From contig NC_043018.1 in NCBI RefSeq assembly GCF_006345805.1, forward strand, positions 15,562,001 to 15,626,000: DNA of 64,000 nt, given 5' to 3'. The position numbers and the translations under genes were made by a program. Position 1 is the first letter of the stretch; every line of letters starts with the position of its first letter. Below the pieces are notes generated by a model. The model was not told the origin of the DNA. It did no database searches and worked only from the letters and a program-made list of their open reading frames with translations. Origin of the DNA: Octopus sinensis (taxonomy: Eukaryota). This document shows, in pieces, positions 62,236 through 64,000 of the stretch.

Positions 62236-62764
62236 GATGGGCTTCTTTCAGTTTCCGTCTGCCAAATCCATTCACAAGGCTTTGGTCAGCCTAAGGCTAT
62301 AGTAGAAGACACTTGCCCAAGGTGCCATGCAGTGGGACTGAACCCAGAACCATGTGGTTGGTAAGCAAGCTACTTACCACACAGCCACTCTGGTGCCTAA
62401 ATATTTATTTCTTTTATCTAAGTGTTTTAAAAATGTATTATTTCAAATGAAACAAGTTTTACACATTAATGCATAATATTGTAATTAAGGACTTAGTATA
62501 TCTAATTAAACACCAATATACTAAATCACTCTCTTCCCTGTTTCCATGGTATTTCATTGTGATCTTTGTTATTGTTATTGTAGCTCACCGATGACAAGTC
62601 TTGGGCTTCATCTGCTTTAGAGAACTTAAAAGAACAATGTTTGACTTCGATTGAAAACAATGTTGACTTGTGGATAACAGTGAATGGATCAAGAGGACCA
62701 CCAATAAGTATTATTGAGTCCATGTGTCCCAATGACTGTAGTCAAAATGGAAATTGTAGTAAAG
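375..62764 (+). CDS. Partial multi-exon gene (43 exons in window, both ends outside): giant VWD/EGF (VWDE-like) protein of tandem VWD-EGF-IPT-LamG modules
   Basis: Manually spliced GT-AG exons with compatible phases throughout except exon 10. Motifs CKSINDPHMxTFD, GEFVLYRH, ASCNCAVAVRSGDDV, GLCGxFDG, FSxSWR, WPTxSGIT and CPxxCxxxGxC..GxCxC recur across the modules and match the VWDE family. Orthology to VWDE is not established. Confidence 0.9.
1297..1703 (+). mobile_element. tRNA-derived SINE family A (Octopus-type)
   Basis: A/B-box head tggctgtgtggtaag...ggttcagtccc, internal (TA)/(TG) tract, (gtaaaaga) tail; many copies in window. Confidence 0.85.
1955..2031 (+). CDS. Exon 2 (module 1), VWD start with NDPH
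   Basis: 77 nt, phase 0-2; VKVVDMDKNVLCKSINDPHMRTFDR. Confidence 0.92.
2202..2265 (+). CDS. Exon 3 (module 1), VWD
   Basis: 64 nt, phase 2-0; NYNNFFEGEFIMYRHKTQPFE. Confidence 0.92.
3655..3867 (+). CDS. Exon 4 (module 1), VWD
   Basis: 213 nt; VRSFYRSCNGFASCNCAVAVRSGDDV...GGKKYE. Confidence 0.92.
4303..4495 (-). mobile_element. Retroposon family C, 3' end with (GAT)n tail
   Basis: ggttggcgttagga.gggcatccagc...ccatgctagcatgga...(gat)n; other copies at 6390-6685, 11905-12093, 12871-13108, 14095-14560, 35600-36160, 39840-40045, 48192-48445 and 60170-60515. Confidence 0.75.
4818..4929 (+). CDS. Exon 5 (module 1), VWD
   Basis: 112 nt, phase 0-1; VHLPTGMVV...SAVDFNNTE. Confidence 0.9.
5021..5910 (+). 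mobile_element. SINE-like family B, tandem multimer
   Basis: Repeated gagctggcagaa...ttctgagttcaaattcc...tttgcctttcatc...ggggtcgat units around (ATT)n. Confidence 0.75.
6153..6264 (+). CDS. Exon 6 (module 1), VWD end
   Basis: 112 nt, phase 1-2; GLCGTYDGNKKNDF...FSLSWR. Confidence 0.92.
6925..7326 (-). mobile_element. SINE family A
   Basis: Reverse-complement match to 1297-1703. Confidence 0.85.
7354..7535 (+). CDS. Exon 7 (module 1), Cys-rich linker with basic tail
   Basis: 182 nt, phase 2-1; VEEKDSLYDGYC...KGKKRKKFL; donor gttggt. Confidence 0.82.
7940..8135. repeat. (CT)n-rich low-complexity tract
   Basis: Direct reading. Confidence 0.9.
8640..9385. repeat. (TA)-rich ~189-bp tandem repeat with palindromic 73-bp units
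   Basis: Units at 8807-8879, 8997-9068 and 9186-9258 bounded by aattcataattaagggcaa inverted ends. Confidence 0.8.
9463..9569 (+). CDS. Exon 8 (module 1)
   Basis: 107 nt, phase 1-0; LDMTETLLK...FEYNRTYVAG; homologous to exons 24 and 41. Confidence 0.82.
10247..10390 (+). CDS. Exon 9 (module 1), helical Cys domain
   Basis: 144 nt; EFQSNLTEAESMKKC...FCSQDLM. Confidence 0.85.
10926..11121. mobile_element. hAT-type MITE
   Basis: TIRs cagtggttttcaa/ttgaaaagcactg with a perfect 8-bp target-site duplication tcttagag. Confidence 0.88.
11577..12232. mobile_element. piggyBac-like non-autonomous element with two nested SINEs
   Basis: ttaa|cccttt...aaaggg|ttac ends; related sequence at ~17340-18040. 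Confidence 0.5.
11628..11870 (-). mobile_element. tRNA-derived SINE family E
   Basis: Head and core like family D but a different 3' tail; second copy at ~46530-46780. Confidence 0.7.
12319..12504 (+). CDS. Exon 10 (module 1), EGF first half; contains an apparent 1-nt deletion
   Basis: LTGNVMWTLAA...WIVPE in the entry frame (stop at 12451-12453); GELPEFPSNITDALCLNDCSNQGTCKK in a shifted frame; 186 nt where 3n+1 is needed. Confidence 0.82.
13289..13473 (+). CDS. Exon 11 (module 1), EGF end plus IPT/TIG-like start
   Basis: 185 nt, phase 1-0; GICLCNQTFDGVDCS...ITGSGFIEGPNLTC. Confidence 0.9.
14854..15045 (+). CDS. Exon 12 (module 1), IPT/TIG-like end
   Basis: 192 nt; ...YISSEQIMCPVP...VSISND...YNPLCEDCINDKCTPR. 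Confidence 0.88.
15699..16467. repeat. 52-bp minisatellite, ~15 copies
   Basis: Unit tcaaaagtgtttcagatatcttgtatccaatactgccttaatcctttaatgt. Confidence 0.95.
16748..16862 (+). CDS. Exon 13 (module 1), small Cys domain
   Basis: 115 nt, phase 0-1; LDVCTIGGVCFPNGAINP...SSWS. Confidence 0.88.
18275..18910 (+). CDS. Exon 14 (module 1), LamG/pentraxin (ConA-like) domain
   Basis: 636 nt, phase 1-1; GNAVVLDGVNNFIDMG...CFSSLTQCTFGMTV...FSWSEKSGLYLYFD...LIIG. Confidence 0.9.
18921..19086. repeat. (CT)n(CTT)n tract
   Basis: Immediately after the exon 14 donor. Confidence 0.95.
20012..20238 (+). CDS. Exon 15 (module 2 start), Ig-like
   Basis: 227 nt, phase 1-0; LPFFKERP...FHCSF...YTATWYID...YGSK. Confidence 0.88.
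20417..20788 (-). mobile_element. Non-autonomous Helitron
   Basis: Minus strand: A|TC start, 3' hairpin cccgagcaacgccggg then CTAG|T. Confidence 0.8.
21227..21622 (+). mobile_element. SINE family A
   Basis: Near full-length match. Confidence 0.85.
21661..21753 (+). CDS. Exon 16 (module 2)
   Basis: 93 nt; IKCGVRACKSSNCSSIFGPERTSKPFTAEIT. Confidence 0.86.
22212..22600 (+). mobile_element. Mariner transposon remnant (5' TIR plus decayed HTH region)
   Basis: tatgaggtggtattgaaaagttcc end; translation MDRKLKQRANVEFCIKLQKS...CFKWHGCFKSGRASLKD with frameshifts/stops. Confidence 0.7.
22984..23397 (+). CDS. Exon 17 (module 2), pre-VWD domain
   Basis: 414 nt; IKESNVKVIEGD...IPQAVF...ATLDGLRD...GSVD. 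Confidence 0.9.
24356..24432 (+). CDS. Exon 18 (module 2), VWD start with NDPH
   Basis: 77 nt; LEIIDRDKSSICKSINDPHMTTFDN. Confidence 0.92.
25820..26040 (-). mobile_element. LINE (RTE-like) ORF 3'-end fragment
   Basis: CALCNRMCKSLAGLKSHR zinc-finger-like terminus. Confidence 0.5.
26679..26742 (+). CDS. Exon 19 (module 2), VWD
   Basis: 64 nt; RYDNFKHGEFVLYRHKRLPYA. Confidence 0.92.
26808..27212. mobile_element. SINE family A, two 5' halves in inverted orientation
   Basis: 26808-27072 (+) followed by 27080-27212 (-). Confidence 0.8.
27475..27681 (+). CDS. Exon 20 (module 2), VWD
   Basis: 207 nt; VHAFYRSCNGRASCNCAIAVRSGDDV...GGKKFK. Confidence 0.92.
28233..28675 (+). mobile_element. Non-autonomous Helitron
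   Basis: a|tctttctatatataaacggcag... cccgggcaacgccggg-ctatgctg-CTAG|t; 5' part matches the 20.4-kb copy. Confidence 0.8.
28968..29079 (+). CDS. Exon 21 (module 2), VWD
   Basis: 112 nt; VVLPIGTSV...YINVWVQASPIDYKNTE. Confidence 0.9.
29785..29893 (+). CDS. Exon 22 (module 2), VWD end
   Basis: 109 nt; GLCGNFDGIKDND...FSESWR. Confidence 0.92.
30911..31080 (+). CDS. Exon 23 (module 2), Cys-rich linker
   Basis: 170 nt; VSAKDTLYNGFC...FCDC...KNNKKGSK. Confidence 0.88.
31352..31736 (-). mobile_element. tRNA-derived SINE family F
   Basis: Minus-strand head ggaggcgcaatgtcccagtggttagggcagcgg...ggtttcgattccc with A/B boxes, ~385 bp, CpG-rich. Confidence 0.7.
32345..33330. mobile_element. SINE-like family B cluster (several minus copies, then a plus copy)
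   Basis: gatgaaaggcaaagtcgacc...gaatttgagctcagaa repeats. Confidence 0.7.
33489..33601 (+). CDS. Exon 24 (module 2)
   Basis: 113 nt; KDVTEVVME...KC...FEFNATFIPQ. Confidence 0.85.
33720..34140 (+). mobile_element. SINE-like family B dimer
   Basis: Two tandem ~180-bp units; other copies at ~41690-41897 (-), ~42160-42290 (-) and 58988-59222 (+). Confidence 0.75.
34232..34530 (-). mobile_element. RLE-type non-LTR retrotransposon fragment (R4/Dong-like)
   Basis: CRM..K...AHIVSAC..L....Y..RH zinc knuckle followed by KILWDFDCQTDKVLEHQRPDIV endonuclease motif. Confidence 0.8.
34893..35051 (+). CDS. Exon 25 (module 2)
   Basis: 159 nt; ELKWPTESGITE...SCVTDIQ. Confidence 0.9.
36405..36594 (+). CDS. 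Exon 26 (module 2), EGF first half
   Basis: 190 nt, phase 0-1; IMDNFMWV...ICPSECNDQGKCVE. Confidence 0.9.
37150..38265. repeat. 31-bp minisatellite, ~35 copies
   Basis: Unit acacagcataaacatgggtggcacaacatag. Confidence 0.95.
38452..38639 (+). CDS. Exon 27 (module 2), EGF end plus IPT-like
   Basis: 188 nt; GICVCDGQFEGVDCS...VFGENFLDSSSLTC. Confidence 0.9.
38991..39155 (+). mobile_element. SINE family A, 5' half
   Basis: Head region running into (TA)n(GA)n. Confidence 0.8.
39556..39738 (+). CDS. Exon 28 (module 2), IPT-like end
   Basis: 183 nt; TDSQVQGLYITSEQVQCP...ISNNG...YDSTCQIC. Confidence 0.88.
41936..42050 (+). CDS. Exon 29 (module 2), small Cys domain
   Basis: 115 nt; SNVCKVDGNC...CIPSNSSNAWS. 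Confidence 0.87.
42488..42795 (+). CDS. Exon 30 (module 2), LamG N-half
   Basis: 308 nt, phase 1-0; ...LRIENNLL...CLQDPSLCPYGLSVSF...QGVK. Confidence 0.88.
43826..44218 (-). mobile_element. SINE family A
   Basis: Full-length reverse match. Confidence 0.85.
44343..44667 (+). CDS. Exon 31 (module 2), LamG C-half
   Basis: 325 nt, phase 0-1; IFYSDYKLYV...FSWNEQFGLSIYVNG...IFIG. Confidence 0.9.
45071..45589 (-). mobile_element. Retrozyme/Penelope-like partial tandem element (~351-nt period, ~167-bp direct repeats)
   Basis: 45071-45237 is repeated at 45422-45589; the spacer holds a 16-bp inverted repeat enclosing a hammerhead motif. Confidence 0.65.
45285..45330 (-). ncRNA. Type I hammerhead-like motif (U4C variant)
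   Basis: Minus strand: cacaca-CCGAUGA-c-gggu/caau/accc-u-GAAA-cucgaGUC-cgugugu; palindromic stem III acucgagu. Confidence 0.6.
45634..45866 (+). CDS. Exon 32 (module 3 start), Ig-like
   Basis: 233 nt; APELETKPEI...LCQF...YILLWKLD...FGSK. Confidence 0.88.
45951..46203 (+). mobile_element. SINE family A, partial
   Basis: Middle and 3' portion, interrupting a family C element. Confidence 0.75.
47544..48521. mobile_element. hAT-type MITE containing nested insertions
   Basis: Ends cagtggttctcaac / gttgagatcctctg; TSD not preserved. Confidence 0.55.
47749..48126. mobile_element. Tc1/mariner-type MITE
   Basis: ta|cactaccgtcagaaattaattagcac ... gtgctaattaatttctgacgcaagtg|ta; TA TSD. Confidence 0.85.
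48782..48874 (+). CDS. Exon 33 (module 3)
   Basis: 93 nt (same size as exon 16); LICQVSTCLSNMCDVTGSKWIDSIPIVPQIY. Confidence 0.86.
49154..49558 (+). CDS. Exon 34 (module 3), pre-VWD domain
   Basis: 405 nt; LKTKTLTIREG...VSQAVF...ASLDALID...GKVD. Confidence 0.9.
49568..50145. repeat. (TTC/TCC)n polypyrimidine tract
   Basis: ~580 nt of nearly pure C/T triplets just after the exon 34 donor. Confidence 0.95.
50313..50389 (+). CDS. Exon 35 (module 3), VWD start with NDPH
   Basis: 77 nt; INIEDNDSLALCRSINDPHMTTFDG. Confidence 0.92.
50670..51068 (+). mobile_element. Non-autonomous Helitron
   Basis: a|tctttatatataaaag... cccgagcaacgccggg-cgatactg-CTAG|t; 3' end matches the 20.4-kb copy. Confidence 0.8.
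51215..51278 (+). CDS. Exon 36 (module 3), VWD
   Basis: 64 nt; HYNNFFEGEFVLYKHKTLPYE. Confidence 0.92.
51408..51895 (-). mobile_element. Tc1 transposon remnant (DDE C-terminus, internally deleted)
   Basis: Minus strand: IFQDENVP...E*HEE...WPPQSPDLNTIEHLW...SIPRRIQAVITAKDGPTP; TIR-like ta|caggggttagacaaaataatggaaac. Confidence 0.85.
52583..52795 (+). CDS. Exon 37 (module 3), VWD
   Basis: 213 nt; IHSFYRNCNGRASCNCAVAIKSDDDV...GRKYQ. Confidence 0.92.
53105..53209 (-). ncRNA. Type I hammerhead ribozyme (intact core), inverted partner
   Basis: Reverse complement of the left arm: CUGAUGA, stem II, GAAAC-auau-GUC with palindromic stem III acauaugu. Confidence 0.8.
53307..53411 (+). ncRNA. Type I hammerhead ribozyme (intact core)
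   Basis: Stem I aagttccttgtttttc/gagaataaaggaattt; CUGAUGA 53323-53329; stem II gaaggcggcata/tatgcagccttc; GAAAC-agat-GUC, predicted cut after 53395. Confidence 0.8.
54102..54216 (+). CDS. Exon 38 (module 3), VWD
   Basis: 115 nt; VILPTGG...FINVWFKASALDFQNTE. Confidence 0.9.
54321..54620 (+). mobile_element. Diverged second copy of the 45-kb hammerhead element family
   Basis: 54471-54553 aligns to the reverse complement of the 45-kb direct repeat (gtgtcta.agccagct...ggggcta..aa.ctacagta.ca...ggttagccat); an enclosing stem flanks the hammerhead in the same way. Confidence 0.6.
54365..54407 (+). ncRNA. Type I hammerhead-like motif (C3U variant)
   Basis: cgcccg-UUGACGA-ggga/caacaa/uccc-GAAA-cuaGUU-ugagcg; palindromic stem III aacuaguu. 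Confidence 0.6.
55082..55500 (+). mobile_element. SINE family A
   Basis: Full-length match; further decayed copies at ~51907-52292 and ~55738-55900. Confidence 0.85.
56126..56234 (+). CDS. Exon 39 (module 3), VWD end
   Basis: 109 nt; GLCGTFDHNTKND...FSLSWK. Confidence 0.92.
56482..56822 (+). mobile_element. tRNA-derived SINE family D
   Basis: ggcacatggctcagtggttag head...cagttcactcagctgtagaaatgag...tttacccttt tail; other copies at ~23900-24185, 36748-37025, 54722-55035 and 59757-60090. Confidence 0.8.
56880..58010 (-). mobile_element. Interspersed repeat fragments, possibly LINE 5' regions; two diverged copies (~57270-57420 and ~57865-58005)
   Basis: Shared ccctttgacgggtctt.gttttcatccc...ctcctcaccaagcaag...gacccgaccatg. 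Confidence 0.4.
58419..58615 (+). CDS. Exon 40 (module 3), Cys-rich linker
   Basis: 197 nt; VYEKDSLYDGFC...YCSC...KNGRGK. Confidence 0.87.
59540..59646 (+). CDS. Exon 41 (module 3)
   Basis: 107 nt; KDITEMLLK...KC...FEVNHNYTSP. Confidence 0.86.
60890..61135. repeat. 28-bp minisatellite, ~9 copies
   Basis: Unit ccctcactgttaatcccactctcttaac. Confidence 0.9.
61227..61382 (+). CDS. Exon 42 (module 3)
   Basis: 156 nt; DVKWPTASGITEE...SCFEDIK. Confidence 0.9.
62005..62392 (-). mobile_element. SINE family A
   Basis: Full-length reverse match. Confidence 0.85.
62584..62764 (+). CDS. Exon 43 (module 3), EGF first half
   Basis: 181 nt, phase 0-1; LTDDKSWA...MCPNDCSQNGNCSK. Confidence 0.9.
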
Positions 62765-62807
62765 GTGAGGAACTTACTGATTTGCTTTGACAATTCATTT
62801 AGTTTAT

Positions 62808-63212
62808 ATCTTTTAATCTTTTACTTGTTTCAGTCATTTGTCTGCGGCCATGCTGGAGCACCACCTTTAGTCGAGCAAATCGACCCCGGGACTTATTCTT
62901 TGTAATCCCAGTACTTATTCTATCGGTCTCTTTTTGCCGAACCGCTAAGTGACGGGGACGTAAACACACCAGCATCGGTTGTCAAGCGATGGTGGGGGGA
63001 CAAACACAGACACACAAACACATACATACACATATATATACATATATACGACAGGCTACTTTCAGTTTCCGTCTACCAAACCCACTCATAAGGCATTGGT
63101 CGGCCCGAGGCTATAGCAGAAGACACTTGCCCAAGATGCCACGCAGTGGGACTGAACCCGGAACCATGTGGTTGGTAAGCAAGCTACTTACCACACAGCC
63201 ACTCCTGCGCCT
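62808..63212 (-). mobile_element. SINE family A
   Basis: Full-length reverse match. Confidence 0.85.
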
Positions 63213-63694
63213 ATAATAATAATATGCAAACCTATGTTTATAAATAATGACCCCAGCGATCCAGATGATTGCATCTCTAAGAGAAATCCTCCACTGGACC
63301 AATCAACTTGTCACTGTGTTTCCAGGGAAGAATATGAAAGGAATTGTTAGTTTCTTTCTTGCATGCTTACATTTCTCTTAAGACAATAGCAACTTTTGGA
63401 ATATTAATCCAGTTTCAAATGCCACACATGATGCAGGAACATGACAAAAACATGATCTTGGGTTGACCCTGTCAGGACACTGCATCTTTCACAAAGTCCT
63501 TTGCTTCCTAAAACTCACCAACATTACGCTTATTGTACCTGTGCACTCTTTCCTTTTTATGACTCTTTTTAATCCCTTTTCTGTCCTTTGTGTATCATTT
63601 TGGGTGCTGTTCATATACTTTTGACTTGCAGTTAATATCGGGGTAAATCTTAAACAGTTAATCTTAACCAAATAGCCATGTCTATTGTATGTAT

Positions 63695-63772
<78 letters not shown>

Positions 63773-64000
63773 TAATAGGGAATACAATTCCAAACTTACA
63801 AGGAAAAATTCAATTTAGCAATTCTAATCAAATTTCACAAAATATGATATATGGATATAATTTAGAGAAAAACCTCTATTAAGCAATTTAATAGTGAAAG
63901 ACGTTATTCACACCATATAGAAAACATATACTATTAAAAAACCTTATACTAAAAATCAATAAAGTATATAAACAATAAATAGTCTTTCACTATTGAATTG

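Overview
Eukaryotic, AT-rich, microsatellite-dense genomic DNA. The repeat families look like those of Octopus (inferred from remembered SINE families, not from a search). The whole window lies inside one + strand gene, with no start or stop in view. I trace 43 GT-AG exons (about 7.7 kb of CDS, about 2,580 aa). They encode roughly 2.7 tandem copies of a ~1,020-aa VWDE-like module: Ig-like region, VWD with an NDPH motif, Cys-rich/helical segment, EGF, IPT/TIG-like, small Cys domain and LamG/pentraxin-like domain. Exon sizes and phases repeat between modules with two exceptions: a 1-nt frameshift in exon 10, and an extra intron in the second LamG domain. The introns hold at least six SINE-like families, three non-autonomous Helitrons with shuffled ends, hAT/Tc1/mariner/piggyBac-like elements, LINE fragments and minisatellites. 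The most notable non-coding signal is a set of type I hammerhead ribozyme motifs. An inverted pair with intact cores lies at 53.1-53.4 kb, one of them on the gene's sense strand. A retrozyme/Penelope-like family at 45.1-45.6 kb and 54.3-54.6 kb keeps the fold despite sequence divergence. Most long ORFs in the supplied track are repeat artefacts.
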